Assembly: GCA_964624415.1 (NCBI GenBank)
Contig: CAZUWR010000001.1
Location: forward strand, 3,855 to 67,854
Length of the DNA: 64,000 nucleotides
Source: an uncultured Bdellovibrionales bacterium
Lineage (GTDB): Bacteria > Patescibacteriota > Minisyncoccia > Moranbacterales > UBA1568
Reading direction: 5' to 3'
Shown here: one piece after another, positions 1 through 9,835 of the stretch
Layout: each line of letters opens with the position of its first letter
Position numbering within the stretch: position 1 is the stretch's first letter
Notes under the pieces: generated by a model
Told to the model about the DNA's origin: nothing
Seen by the model: only the letters and a program-made list of their open reading frames with translations
The model's database searches: none
Position numbers and translations under genes: made by a program

Positions 1-160
1 GGTGGAGGCGCCAGCTGATCGGGTGGCGTCTTTGGAAAAATACCAAGCACCGTCATACTTAGCAGGGTTTCCAATCGGGACTTTTTGAGGTATCGTGAAG
101 AAGTAGGCAGGAATAGGTTTTCATAGTACGGATTTTCATTCGACGTATAAGGATTTTTTT

Positions 161-1261
161 ATGCAATTCGCTCAACTCGACACAATACCACAGGTCGTCA
201 ACGTGCTCAAGGTGCTTTCCACCGGATTAATCGCTTTCATATTAGCTTTCGCTCTCACGCCATTATGGACGCATATTCTCTACAAATATAAAATCGGCAT
301 CAAGATCAAGAGTACGGATGTGAACGGTGAGAAATTGACCTATGTGAGCCAGTTGCATGCAAGCAAGTCAGGTACGCCGACAATGGGCGGGGTTATCGTG
401 TGGTTTTCCGTGTTCGTTCTGGCCTTCGCGTCACATTTTTTATTCCCCCTTATTGCCGAGTGGACGGGTAATAATGGTTGGGCGCGATTGGATTTTCTCC
501 GTCGTTCGCAGGTATGGCTGCCTTTGTTTGTGTTGGTGATGGGTGGGTTGCTGGGACTGCTCGATGACTGGATGAGCGTGCGCGGTATCGGCAAGAACAA
601 AGGTGGTGGTATGCGTTTCGCGATGCGCTTTTGGTGGCTCATCACCATAGCTTCCGCCGGCGCGTGGTGGTTTTATGCCAAGCTTGATTGGAATATACTC
701 CATATTCCCGGAGTGGGTGATTTTACCATCGGTTGGTGGTATATTCCTTTGTTTATTTTCGTCATCTTGTTTTCAGCGATTTCCTCCAATGAAACAGATG
801 GTTTGGATGGCCTCAATGGTGGCGTACTTTTGATCGCCTTCGCTTCATTCGCTCTCATCGCCTTTGCGCAGAATAAGATGGATCTTGCTTCGTTTTGCGT
901 GGCGACGACCGGGGCGCTCCTGGCCTTTTTGTGGTTCAATATCTATCCGGCGCGGTTTTTTATGGGAGACACCGGGGCGATGGCGCTCGGGACGACGCTG
1001 GGCGTGGTAGCGATGCTCACCAATTCCGTGATTGTGCTTTTCATTATTGTGTTTATCTATGTCTTGGAGTCGGGGAGCGCGGTTATTCAGCTCACCAGTA
1101 AACGGTTTTTCCATAAGAAGGTTTTTCTGGCAGCACCGTTGCACCATCATTTCGAGGCTCTGGGATGGCCAGAGCCCAAGGTGGTGATGCGCGCGTGGAT
1201 ATTTACGATTGTGACCGCGATGATCGGGGTTATTATCGGCATCCTCGGCATGGGTCGCTAG
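161..1261 (+). CDS. mraY: phospho-N-acetylmuramoyl-pentapeptide transferase (MraY)
   Basis: 366-aa polytopic membrane ORF carrying the MraY signature motifs NETDGLDGL and GDTGAMALG. Confidence 0.9.
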   Translation: MQFAQLDTIPQVVNVLKVLSTGLIAFILAFALTPLWTHILYKYKIGIKIKSTDVNGEKLTYVSQLHASKSGTPTMGGVIVWFSVFVLAFASHFLFPLIAEWTGNNGWARLDFLRRSQVWLPLFVLVMGGLLGLLDDWMSVRGIGKNKGGGMRFAMRFWWLITIASAGAWWFYAKLDWNILHIPGVGDFTIGWWYIPLFIFVILFSAISSNETDGLDGLNGGVLLIAFASFALIAFAQNKMDLASFCVATTGALLAFLWFNIYPARFFMGDTGAMALGTTLGVVAMLTNSVIVLFIIVFIYVLESGSAVIQLTSKRFFHKKVFLAAPLHHHFEALGWPEPKVVMRAWIFTIVTAMIGVIIGILGMGR

Positions 1262-1303
1262 AAAGAGGATTCTTCTATTTGGTACATTATTATAAAAATC
1301 TAT

Positions 1304-2359
1304 ATGAAATTACGAAATATCGGAGAGGTTAAAGAAATTGCGGGCAAGAAGATATTGGTGCGGGTGGATTTCAATATCGAGCTTGATGCCGCGCAGAATG
1401 CTGAAGAGCAATTCAAACTCGATGTCGCTAAAAAAACCATAGATTATCTTTTCAAGCGCGGCGCGGCAGCCATTGCTGTGGCGAGTCACTTCGGTCGTCC
1501 GGATGGTAAGCGTGATGAAAAGTTCTCTTTGCAGCCGCTTACGGATGATGCGCAGCGTGCCTTGGGTCGCCCGGTACGGTTCGTCGCCGATTGTCTCGGT
1601 GAGAATGTTGTCAAAGCGCTGGACGCTCTTCCAGTAGGAGAAGTGCTCCTCTTGGAAAACCTTCGTTTTTACGCCGGTGAGGAGGCGAATGATGTCGATT
1701 TCGCTGTTCGGCTTGCTGGACCGTTCGATATGTTCGTCAATGAAGCCTTCAGTGTCTGTCATCGCGCACATGCTTCCGTCGTAGCAATCACGCAGTACCT
1801 TCCCAGCTATGCCGGCTTCCGTTTGATTGAAGAAGTGGCGCAGTTGGAAACGCTGCGTGTCAGTCCGCAGCACCCGGCGGTCGCGATTATCGGGGGTGCC
1901 AAGATCGAAACGAAACTTCCGATTATCAGGATGTTTGAAAAATTATACGATTCAGTGTTGGTGGGTGGTATGATTGCTAATGAGGCAATCGATCAAAAAA
2001 TAGAGTTCGATAGCAATGTCATTTTGCCGCAGGATTTTGTCGGCGAGGGGCGTTTGGATATCGGAGCGAACACTATCGCGCAGTTTGCGGAAGTGATTGC
2101 GACCGCGAAGACTATCGTATGGAATGGCCCGATGGGTAAGTTTGAAGAGAAGCCCTACGATGCCGGTACGCATGGCGTCTTGCAGGCTATTTTGACCAAC
2201 AAGGATGCGCATGTGGTAATCGGCGGCGGAGAATCGCTCGCGGCGGTGGGACGGGAAAATGCCATCGATCGCATTGGTTTCGTGTCCACAGGAGGAGGAG
2301 CGATGCTGGACTTTTTCGGAGGTGTGACGATGCCGGGACTGGATGTATTGAAGGCTTAG
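1304..2359 (+). CDS. pgk: phosphoglycerate kinase
   Basis: 351-aa ORF; N-terminal KILVRVDFN substrate motif and C-terminal GPMGKFE...GGGES motifs typical of PGK. Confidence 0.9.
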   Translation: MKLRNIGEVKEIAGKKILVRVDFNIELDAAQNAEEQFKLDVAKKTIDYLFKRGAAAIAVASHFGRPDGKRDEKFSLQPLTDDAQRALGRPVRFVADCLGENVVKALDALPVGEVLLLENLRFYAGEEANDVDFAVRLAGPFDMFVNEAFSVCHRAHASVVAITQYLPSYAGFRLIEEVAQLETLRVSPQHPAVAIIGGAKIETKLPIIRMFEKLYDSVLVGGMIANEAIDQKIEFDSNVILPQDFVGEGRLDIGANTIAQFAEVIATAKTIVWNGPMGKFEEKPYDAGTHGVLQAILTNKDAHVVIGGGESLAAVGRENAIDRIGFVSTGGGAMLDFFGGVTMPGLDVLKA

Positions 2360-2383
2360 CAGAAGCATTTTCTGTTAATGAAC

Positions 2384-2412
2384 TTGACAAGAGGCTTTTC
2401 TTGATGTATAAT
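2384..2412 (+). promoter_or_regulatory. sigma-70 promoter for the downstream lipoprotein gene
   Basis: TTGACA, 17-nt spacer, TATAAT; perfect consensus about 70 nt upstream of the GTG start. Confidence 0.5.
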
Positions 2413-2483
2413 GGAAAATCGCCCTGGCAGTGTCTGGAGCGAGTTATTTACCAACAATCACAACTTACCCTAAGGAGGTCATT

Positions 2484-3032
2484 GTGAAAAAATGTGTGAG
2501 AGGAATGCTGATACTTTTGGCATCAGTAAGTTTGATCGGATGTTTTCCGCCGTATGATTTTGAACGCTCGGCCATCGAGAGTTCAAGCCGTTTCGATAAC
2601 AGCTTGATAGTAGATGATTTGGAACGCGAAGCGATGGAGAAGCAAGCTGGTGAAGCGATCATTTATCGCAACGGTGAGTTTGCTTATCAAGTCACACCAT
2701 TGCAAATGCGGTATGACAATCGCACGGGCAAAGTGTGTCGCGATTACCAGACCGATGTCATCTTCCGTGGCGATCAAAAATCCGCAAGGAAAACAGCTTG
2801 CAAGTATAGCGGGCAGTGGTATATCGTCAGTATCGATGGAAGATCCACGATACAGTCACGACCACGGTATGCTGTTGTGCAGAATTGGTATATGAATTAC
2901 GGCTCTCCGGGATTCGGTGTACCGGCATGGGCGCAGGGTTTCGGGTATGTCAGTCCGATGTTCGGCCCCATGTTCGGCGGATATCCCCGTACCGGTTTTG
3001 GAGGCGGGGTATATTTTAACGGACGATGGTGA
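2484..3032 (+). CDS. hypothetical lipoprotein with Gly-rich C-terminus
   Basis: GTG start 5 nt after an AAGGAGG SD; signal peptide ending in a LIGC lipobox; the ORF track extends the frame upstream to 2430 without an SD. Confidence 0.5.
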   Translation: MKKCVRGMLILLASVSLIGCFPPYDFERSAIESSSRFDNSLIVDDLEREAMEKQAGEAIIYRNGEFAYQVTPLQMRYDNRTGKVCRDYQTDVIFRGDQKSARKTACKYSGQWYIVSIDGRSTIQSRPRYAVVQNWYMNYGSPGFGVPAWAQGFGYVSPMFGPMFGGYPRTGFGGGVYFNGRW

Positions 3033-3154
3033 AGTATATGAGGCGTTTGGATGGAGTGATATTTGCACAAGCAAGTACGCTTTCATTCCAAACGCTTTTT
3101 TCTTTGGCAAAAAACACGCTGTCGTGCGCAAACAAAGTCTTCTACCGATATATA

Positions 3155-3163
3155 TGCTATACT
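3155..3163 (+). promoter_or_regulatory. extended -10 promoter element (TGcTATACT) upstream of eno
   Basis: the string ATATGCTATACT lies about 30 nt upstream of the eno start; the same 12-mer recurs at two other putative promoters (43.5 kb and 45.15 kb, minus strand). Confidence 0.35.
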
Positions 3164-3192
3164 ATGACCGTAATATGTTAAGGAGATAATGT

Positions 3193-4458
3193 ATGTCAAA
3201 GGTACAGACGATTGTAGGACGAGAGATCCTTGATTCACGAGGGAACCCGACCGTGGAAGTGGCAGTAACACTGGAAAGCGGCGTGTCCGCGGTGGCGATG
3301 GTGCCCTCCGGAGCCTCGACCGGCGAGTGGGAGGCAGTGGAGCTGCGTGATGGTGATGCCAAACGCTATGGCGGCAAGGGTGTTTTGAACGCCGTGAAGA
3401 ATGTGAATACGGAATTGGCGCAAGCGGTTATCGGTATGGACGCTTCCGAACAACGAGCGATCGATGAGGCGATGATTGCCGTGGATGGAACGGAAAATAA
3501 AGGACGATTGGGTGCTAACGCCATCTTGGGTGTTTCTTTGGCCGTGGCTCGCGCACATGCCCTCGATTCCAAACAAACCCTGTATACCCATATCAATACG
3601 CTGCTGGCAAATGAGAGCAAAGTTGCTTTGCCGGTGCCGATGTTTAATGTCCTCAATGGCGGTATGCACAGTGACTCCGGTCTTGCGATTCAGGAATTTA
3701 AGATTGTGCCGATCGGTATCAAGCCGTACGCTGAGCAGTTGCGTGCCGGGAGCGAAATCTTTCATGCGCTGAAAAAAATCCTCGAAAAGGACGGTTTTGT
3801 AACCAGTGTGGGCGATGAAGGCGGATTCGCGCCAAGACTCCAGAGCAATGCGCAGGCCTTCGAAGTCATCATCCAGGCTATCAAAGCGGCCGGTTATGAG
3901 CCGGGCACACAGGTGGCGCTCGGCATCGATGCAGCAGCCAGCTCTTTTTACAACGATACCGAAGATCAGTATGTGCTCAAGCCCGAAGGTGTGAATATGT
4001 CTCGTGAGAGTCTGATCGCAATGTATCGTGAGTGGATGAGTAAGTACTTCATCATTTCCATCGAGGATGGTCTGCACGAGAATGACTGGGAAGGCTGGGC
4101 TACGATGAAGGAGAAACTGGAGAAGGAAAATGCCGACATAATGCTTATCGGTGATGATCTACTCGTGACCAATCCGAAACGTTTGGCCCGTGCTATCGAG
4201 GAGAAGTCTTGCAATGCGGTGCTTATCAAGCTCAATCAGATCGGTACGCTGAGCGAAACACTTGAGTGTATCCGTATGGCCCAAGCGAACAACTATCGCG
4301 TGGTGGTGTCGCATCGCTCCGGTGAGACAACGGATGATTTTATCGCCGATCTGGCCGCAGGTACCGGCGCCGGCTTCATCAAAACCGGATCGCTGTCCCG
4401 AGGAGAGCGCCTGGCGAAGTACAATCGCTTGCTCGCGATCGAAACGGAAATCGCGTAA
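3193..4458 (+). CDS. eno: enolase
   Basis: 421-aa ORF with the SHRSGETED-type motif (SHRSGETTD) and conserved enolase N-terminus; AGGAG SD upstream. Confidence 0.95.
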   Translation: MSKVQTIVGREILDSRGNPTVEVAVTLESGVSAVAMVPSGASTGEWEAVELRDGDAKRYGGKGVLNAVKNVNTELAQAVIGMDASEQRAIDEAMIAVDGTENKGRLGANAILGVSLAVARAHALDSKQTLYTHINTLLANESKVALPVPMFNVLNGGMHSDSGLAIQEFKIVPIGIKPYAEQLRAGSEIFHALKKILEKDGFVTSVGDEGGFAPRLQSNAQAFEVIIQAIKAAGYEPGTQVALGIDAAASSFYNDTEDQYVLKPEGVNMSRESLIAMYREWMSKYFIISIEDGLHENDWEGWATMKEKLEKENADIMLIGDDLLVTNPKRLARAIEEKSCNAVLIKLNQIGTLSETLECIRMAQANNYRVVVSHRSGETTDDFIADLAAGTGAGFIKTGSLSRGERLAKYNRLLAIETEIA

Positions 4459-4486
4459 GCATACCGTATCGGAATCGGTTTCGAAT

Positions 4487-4520
4487 AAGACCCGGGAGCA
4501 ACATATGTTCCCGGGTCTTT
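4487..4520. terminator. bidirectional intrinsic terminator between eno and the convergent gene
   Basis: 9-bp GC-rich stem GACCCGGGA/TCCCGGGTC followed by a T run; A run upstream. Confidence 0.5.
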
Positions 4521-4546
4521 AGTTATTTCGATGGTTGTAATGCTAG

Positions 4547-5299
4547 TTAATAGCGAGTGCCTTTTGAACGGAGTTGTTGAGTAAAATAAGCGCGTAATTC
4601 GCCATAGGTTTCGATTGTTTTTGGAAATGTTATCCGCAAACTGCATCCCGGGCAGTGCACTATTTTTGATATACCATTTTCATAGCAAAAAATCAATTCG
4701 GAACCGCAGCCATGATTTTTATGAATCCCTAATACTTTCCCTTTTTTTGGCAGAGGATTCTCATCGCGTGTGTGATCAAATATGCCAGGAAGAAATCGAT
4801 CCGGGGGATTGTTCTTGTCCGGAGGAATTTCCGTCAGACAATCGCCCTCGGATGTGATGCGTATGAGTGGTAACGGTTGCGCACGCAGGATCTCTTCTTG
4901 TGTGCGTGATGCCAACACCTCATTGAGATTTTCTGTGCTGGTTTTTCGGGACACATCTGCCAGGATGCTGAACAGGCAATCCAGCCAACCCGTCATCCAT
5001 GCAGCGTTATCTCCTCTTCCGACACGCAGTATTATTTCATCGGAATACCTTGTTTGTGAAGTAAGAACGCGGAAGGGACAATGCGTGTTCACGGTAGCGT
5101 CCTCATAATCATATCCTCGTATTTCATCCATTTTTCCGACTTCGACATGATTCACATCGAAGCCTGCTGATTGCACGACCTCTAGGAGCAATGCCAGTAC
5201 TTCTTTGGAATAGGTATTCCCCTCTGAGGGACGTGTAAAGAATTTCGCGTAAAATTCTGCGAAACGTTTTGCAATATCGGTAACATTTTGAGTGTTCAT
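4547..5299 (-). CDS. hypothetical protein with C-terminal Cys cluster (HGCG...C...HCPGC)
   Basis: start set at the internal ATG (MNTQNV) preceded by a GGAGGG SD; the track ORF extends to 5476 with no SD; no recognisable family. Confidence 0.45.
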   Translation of the reverse strand: MNTQNVTDIAKRFAEFYAKFFTRPSEGNTYSKEVLALLLEVVQSAGFDVNHVEVGKMDEIRGYDYEDATVNTHCPFRVLTSQTRYSDEIILRVGRGDNAAWMTGWLDCLFSILADVSRKTSTENLNEVLASRTQEEILRAQPLPLIRITSEGDCLTEIPPDKNNPPDRFLPGIFDHTRDENPLPKKGKVLGIHKNHGCGSELIFCYENGISKIVHCPGCSLRITFPKTIETYGELRAYFTQQLRSKGTRY

Positions 5300-5609
5300 A
5301 TTCCCTCCAAAAGGAATGTAGTTGAAAGAACAAATACGTATCTTGGAAACAAGATAGCTATCAGACTCTAGCATAACAAGGCATATTTGTCCAATTGAAA
5401 GAACCGCCTCGTCCACTTGAGGCGATTTTTGAAGAATGCTATAGTAAAAGCATATCTCGGGTATTTTTTGAGGCAATGTAAGGAAGTCAGTTGTCCTAAA
5501 AAATCAGACAACTAAAATTGGAATGGGAGTGGTAGTGTAGTAAATAAGAAAAACATGAAAGTTTGACACAGCAAGCCGAGAAGTTTCTTATCAAATAAAA
5601 AATAATCGC

Positions 5610-6047
5610 ATGACCTTACATCAACTTCAAAAGATAGGTAACTCCTTAGACTGCCCCGTTGCCATTATTGTAAAAAATGGGAAAATTCTTCATGGTCTCA
5701 GGAATTATACTGAAGACAAGTGGAAAAAAATATCTGTCTGGACGCTTCCGGGAGGTCGATGTGACGAAGGTGAGACATTGGAACAAACTCTTCGCAGGGA
5801 AGTTGAGGAAGAGACCGGTATAACCGAGCTTAAAATTATGGATTATATCGGTGAGACTCCAGGCGCTAAAGAAGGGGATAATGCTTTTATATTTTTTGCA
5901 ACGACTAAACAGGAAGCGATACTTATGGAGCCGGAAAAATTTTCTGAATGGCGATGGGTATCGATTGATGAATACTTGCAAGGAGGCTTGTACAGCTTAA
6001 TGAATCCAGCTGCGCATGTGATGATTAGCAATTACTTAAAGAAATAA
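5610..6047 (+). CDS. NUDIX hydrolase
   Basis: Nudix box GGRCDEGETLEQTLRREVEEETGI (G-x5-E-x7-REUxEExGU). Confidence 0.8.
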   Translation: MTLHQLQKIGNSLDCPVAIIVKNGKILHGLRNYTEDKWKKISVWTLPGGRCDEGETLEQTLRREVEEETGITELKIMDYIGETPGAKEGDNAFIFFATTKQEAILMEPEKFSEWRWVSIDEYLQGGLYSLMNPAAHVMISNYLKK

Positions 6048-6051
6048 CCAT

Positions 6052-7056
6052 ATGTCAAAAATCATTTGTATCGGGTCGGCGTCGAAGGATATCTTCTTTC
6101 CTACGGGAGAGGGGATTTTGATGGACACTCCGGAAGATATCACCGCGCAGAAAAAGGTGGCTTTTGAAGTGGGAGCGAAGTATCAGGTGGAAGATCGTTT
6201 TGAGGCAGTGGGCGGTGTGGCGGCCAACTGCGCGCAGGGCTTGGCGCGTTTGGGGCTGGAAGTGTCGACGTATTCGTGTGTGGGCGATGATCAGATCGGC
6301 GATTGGGTGGTGGAGTCGCTACGCGATGAGCATGTCGGGACGGAGTTGGTTGAGCGAAGGCCAGGCGCGCAGACGGACCTTTCGGCTATTTTGGTGTTCA
6401 CTCAAAACGGCGAACGGACGATTTTTTTCAACCGCGATGCCAATGAGCTCTTGCAAGTAGATGGAGAGAAATTATCGGGTGCGGAGTGGATTTTTGTGAG
6501 TGCACTCAATGGGGCATGGCAGGAGAATCTGCGGACAGCAGTGGCTGCCGCACAAGAAAACAACATCAAGCTCGCCCTCAATCCCGGTCAGCGCAATATG
6601 AAAGACGATGTGGCGACAGTACTTGAAGCGGTGAAGGTAGCGGATGTATTGCTCGTGAATAAAGATGAAGCGATAGAGCTCGTGCTCGGCATGGGACAAG
6701 CTTCTTCGGAAGCCTTGCAGGATGAGTTGTTTCTTATTAAGTCATTGCACGCGTATGGCGCGAAAGTGATCGGGATGACGGACGGTATTCGTGGAGCGTG
6801 GGGCTATGATGGCGAGTGTATCATCTTTGTCGATGTGCTCAGGCAGAAGGCGGTCGATGCGACCGGATCGGGTGATGCGTTCGGGAGCGGATTTTTGGCA
6901 GCGCAGATACAGGGGCTCGGATTAGAGCAATCGCTCCGCTTCGGTATCGTGAATGGTGGCAATGTCGTGCGTTTCTATGGCGCCAAGGAAGGATTGCTTC
7001 ATGCGGATGTTATCGAGGCGCTGGCGCAGCAGGTGAATGTTACGACGCTCTTGTAG
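6052..7056 (+). CDS. PfkB-family carbohydrate kinase (ribokinase-like)
   Basis: PfkB C-terminal signature DATGSGDAFGSGFLA; 334 aa. Confidence 0.75.
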   Translation: MSKIICIGSASKDIFFPTGEGILMDTPEDITAQKKVAFEVGAKYQVEDRFEAVGGVAANCAQGLARLGLEVSTYSCVGDDQIGDWVVESLRDEHVGTELVERRPGAQTDLSAILVFTQNGERTIFFNRDANELLQVDGEKLSGAEWIFVSALNGAWQENLRTAVAAAQENNIKLALNPGQRNMKDDVATVLEAVKVADVLLVNKDEAIELVLGMGQASSEALQDELFLIKSLHAYGAKVIGMTDGIRGAWGYDGECIIFVDVLRQKAVDATGSGDAFGSGFLAAQIQGLGLEQSLRFGIVNGGNVVRFYGAKEGLLHADVIEALAQQVNVTTLL

Positions 7057-7116
7057 ACGCGTTTTGGTGCTATCAGGCTGGGAATAACCGATTAGAGAGG
7101 CTTTTTTGGTCACTTC

Positions 7117-7145
7117 TTGACAAAATTCGTTTTATGCGCTACACT
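7117..7145 (+). promoter_or_regulatory. sigma-70 promoter of the cold-shock gene
   Basis: TTGACA, 17 nt, TACACT, followed by an approximately 80-nt 5' UTR as is typical for csp genes. Confidence 0.5.
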
Positions 7146-7223
7146 GTAGAGGTGTATAGACACGAAAACAGAGTCGAGTTTTTAGCCGTTAGTATATAAA
7201 TAAGAAGTTTTAAGGAAAATCGT

Positions 7224-7421
7224 ATGCAAGGAACAATTAAGACGCTCACAGACAAGGGATTTGGTTTCATTTCTCGCGAAGGTGAGACAAAGGATCTTTT
7301 CTTCCACTCTAAGGAGTTGGTAGGAGTAACTTTCGAGGAATTGAAGGTTGGTGATGTGGTTACTTTCGAGTTGGTAGACACCCAGAAGGGTCCTGCCGCA
7401 ACAAACGTATCCCTCGCGTAA
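7224..7421 (+). CDS. cspA: cold-shock protein (CspA family)
   Basis: 65 aa; KGFGFI RNP1 motif and DLFFH RNP2-like motif. Confidence 0.9.
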   Translation: MQGTIKTLTDKGFGFISREGETKDLFFHSKELVGVTFEELKVGDVVTFELVDTQKGPAATNVSLA

Positions 7422-7444
7422 GCTTTTATAGCTTGAGAAAAAAC

Positions 7445-7469
7445 ACTCCCCTCACGGGGGGTGTTTTTT
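7445..7469 (+). terminator. intrinsic terminator after csp
   Basis: CTCCCC-TCAC-GGGGGG hairpin followed by a T7 run. Confidence 0.65.
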
Positions 7470-7646
7470 TGACGCTCATTTTCAAAGAAGCTATACTGAG
7501 AGGAGAAAGACCTTTTGAAAATAAAGTGTATTTCTTTATGAAAAGTATTTTTTCTCAGCCGAGGCGAGTACGCCAATGGCTTAAGAAAAAATCTTTTCAC
7601 AAGAAATACTATTCGAATTGTACGTATCACTAAAATAGTCTCAGCT

Positions 7647-8207
7647 ATGAATGTATCAAAGACAGCAATAGAAGGATTGCTCATTATCGAACCGAAGGCC
7701 TTTGCGGATGATCGGGGGTTTTTTATGGAAGTATATAATCACGATCGGTATGTGGAGGCAGGTATCACCGAACTGTTTGTGCAGGACAATGTCTCGGTGT
7801 CCAAGAAGGGGACACTGCGCGGACTGCATTATCAGGTGCCTCCGTTCGCTCAAGGTAAGCTGGTGCAGGTATTGCGCGGATCGGTACTCGATGTGGCAGT
7901 GGATATCCGAAGCGGCTCACCGACATTCGGGAAATATGTTGCGGTCGAGCTTTCGGCGGAGAACAAAAAACAGTTCTGGATTCCAGCGGGTTTCGCTCAT
8001 GGTTTTGTCGCTTTGGAAGACGAAACGATTTTCAGTTACAAGTGCACCAATCCGTATTCGCCGGAACATGATCGAGGTATTGTGTGGAGTGATTCGGAAA
8101 TCGGTATACAGTGGCCGTTTTCGGTTTCGGAGCTCTTGATTTCCGAGAAAGATGCCGCGCAGCCAAAGCTTAAGGATATCGCACGTGAATTCGTGCAATC
8201 GATTTGA
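7647..8207 (+). CDS. rfbC: dTDP-4-dehydrorhamnose 3,5-epimerase
   Basis: 186 aa; conserved RmlC cupin motifs (RGLHYQ, FWIPAGFAHGF). Confidence 0.85.
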   Translation: MNVSKTAIEGLLIIEPKAFADDRGFFMEVYNHDRYVEAGITELFVQDNVSVSKKGTLRGLHYQVPPFAQGKLVQVLRGSVLDVAVDIRSGSPTFGKYVAVELSAENKKQFWIPAGFAHGFVALEDETIFSYKCTNPYSPEHDRGIVWSDSEIGIQWPFSVSELLISEKDAAQPKLKDIAREFVQSI

Positions 8208-8255
8208 TTTTTCTCTGCTGTAATCGCTGGGGTATGCATAAGAAAATAGGGGCAA

Positions 8256-8306
8256 GAATTTTTCAGAACCACATGCGTACTCGCATCGGTCTTGAAAAAT
8301 TACTTG
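8256..8306. repeat. copy R1 of an approximately 50-nt imperfect-palindrome hairpin element
   Basis: TTTTTCAGAACC-ACATGCG-TACT-CGCAT-CGGTCTTGAAAAA; near-identical copy at 50794..50846 with compensatory changes. Confidence 0.4.
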
Positions 8307-8350
8307 AACATATTTTCTGACACACTTATACGAATAATAATTGTATTTTT

Positions 8351-9331
8351 ATGAAACTTTTAGTCACGGGCGGAGCGGGATTTATCGGGTCCAATTTCAT
8401 CCACTATATCCTCAAGAAATATCCCGAGTACAGCGTGGTCAATCTGGATGCTTTGACGTATGCAGGCAATCCGGAAAACGTGCGGGAGTGGGAAGGTGAC
8501 CCGCGGTATACTTTCGTTAAGGGGGATATTTGCGATGCAGAGCTTGTGGAAAAATTGGTGCAAGGTGTCGATGCTATCGTACACTTTGCTGCCGAGTCGC
8601 ATGTCGATCGCTCTATCTTGGATGCGCATTCATTCGTGCAGACCAATGTGATTGGAACGCAAACGCTTTTGGATGCCGCTCTGCACAATGACAAGAAGCG
8701 TTTTCATCATGTCTCGACCGACGAGGTCTTCGGTGCGCTCAAACCAGAAGATGAGCCGTTTTCAGAGAAGACACCCTATGACCCGCGCAGCCCGTACAGC
8801 GCTTCGAAGGCCGGATCCGATCATCTGGTGCGGGCGTATTTCCACACCCACGGACTACCGGTGACGATTTCCAATTGTTCCAATAATTATGGCCCGTATC
8901 ATTTTCCGGAAAAGCTGATACCACTGGCAATTACTAATCTAATGGAAGGGAAGCAGGTGCCGGTCTATGGCGACGGGATGCAGGTGCGCGATTGGCTTTT
9001 TGTCGAGGATCACTGCCGTGCCATCGATTTGATCGTGCATCAGGGGGCGCTCGGTGAGACCTACTGTGTGGGTGGGGCATCGGAGCGCGCCAATATCGAT
9101 ATCGTGAAGCAGCTGCTCAAGCTTATGGGCAAGGATGAAACGAGTATTGAGTATGTGACCGACCGGCTCGGGCATGATCGGCGCTATGCTATCGATTTTT
9201 CAAAAATCAAAAAAGAACTCGGATGGGAGCCGACCGTGACCCTCGAAGATGGACTCAAGCAGACCGTTGAGTGGTTTACAGAGAACGAAGGCTGGTGGCA
9301 GCGCATCAAGTCGGGGGAGTATAGAAAATAA
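8351..9331 (+). CDS. rfbB: dTDP-glucose 4,6-dehydratase
   Basis: MKLLVTGGAGFIGSNF Rossmann N-terminus; YxxxK catalytic dyad of the SDR family; 326 aa. Confidence 0.9.
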   Translation: MKLLVTGGAGFIGSNFIHYILKKYPEYSVVNLDALTYAGNPENVREWEGDPRYTFVKGDICDAELVEKLVQGVDAIVHFAAESHVDRSILDAHSFVQTNVIGTQTLLDAALHNDKKRFHHVSTDEVFGALKPEDEPFSEKTPYDPRSPYSASKAGSDHLVRAYFHTHGLPVTISNCSNNYGPYHFPEKLIPLAITNLMEGKQVPVYGDGMQVRDWLFVEDHCRAIDLIVHQGALGETYCVGGASERANIDIVKQLLKLMGKDETSIEYVTDRLGHDRRYAIDFSKIKKELGWEPTVTLEDGLKQTVEWFTENEGWWQRIKSGEYRK

Positions 9332-9340
9332 TGAAATAGT

Positions 9341-9829
9341 ATGCCTGATAAAAATACGGTAGTGTTACTCGAGAAAACATACCAAACAATGGTAAAGAAT
9401 AGCGAAGGAACGAAAATGTTCAACTCTCTTTTTGTTCAAACTAAAGAAACAGGGATGGTTCAGGATATTCTTCAGGACGGAATGTATTCGTGTGCGTTTT
9501 TTGTGAGTACGCTTCTTGTTATGTTTCGTGTTATTGATGAACCTTGCACGACAGTAAACTCATTACAGAAAAAAATTATTCAAGGTAAGCAAAAGTTTTA
9601 CCAAATTTCTCAGCCTGAATGTGGTGATATTGTTTTTTGGGAAGAGATTACTTTTGAGGATGGATCAAAAAACAAGCATGTCGGGCTTGCTCTCAATGCA
9701 CAAGAGGCAGTATCAACCAATTTTAGGGAAAAAAAGGTTTCTAAACATCATATAACCTTTGGAATGGATAAAGAGGGTAATCCAAAAAGAAAGATTATTG
9801 AAATGTATCGGATAAAATTTGAATCATAA
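9341..9829 (+). CDS. hypothetical protein, possible NlpC/P60-superfamily (papain-fold Cys/His) hydrolase
   Basis: AT-rich gene wedged between rmlB and rmlD; pattern YSCAFFVS ... GDIVFWEE ... HVGLAL matches the Cys ... GDLVFF ... HVGIY arrangement of NlpC/P60 enzymes; no signal peptide. Confidence 0.35.
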   Translation: MPDKNTVVLLEKTYQTMVKNSEGTKMFNSLFVQTKETGMVQDILQDGMYSCAFFVSTLLVMFRVIDEPCTTVNSLQKKIIQGKQKFYQISQPECGDIVFWEEITFEDGSKNKHVGLALNAQEAVSTNFREKKVSKHHITFGMDKEGNPKRKIIEMYRIKFES

Positions 9830-9835
9830 AAGACT

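Noticed and set aside
2-88. Possible C-terminal 28 codons of an upstream gene running into the window start (+ frame 2, ending in TGA at 86-88)
   Set aside because: The fragment is too short to support: it has no recognisable motif and could be chance.
3235-4077. Long antisense/shadow ORFs inside confident genes: 3235..4077 (-) in eno, 12128..13045 (-) in glyA, 15483..16163 and 16227..17087 (-) in smc, 35116..36702 (+) in nrdD, 33512..34219 (+) in nrdG, 49710..50852 (-) across nusG-rplK, 50895..51467 (-) in rplA
   Set aside because: In every case the opposite-strand gene carries unmistakable family motifs. The antisense frames have odd composition and no SD, which is typical of shadow ORFs.
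7433-7633. ORF-track frame 7433..7633 (+, 66 aa) between csp and rmlC
   Set aside because: It begins inside the csp terminator hairpin and lacks an SD, so it is likely spurious.
8256-8306. R1/R2 hairpins as intrinsic terminators of rmlC and rplK
   Set aside because: The U-rich arm precedes the stem and the A-rich arm follows it on both strands, so neither orientation gives a stem plus U-tract.
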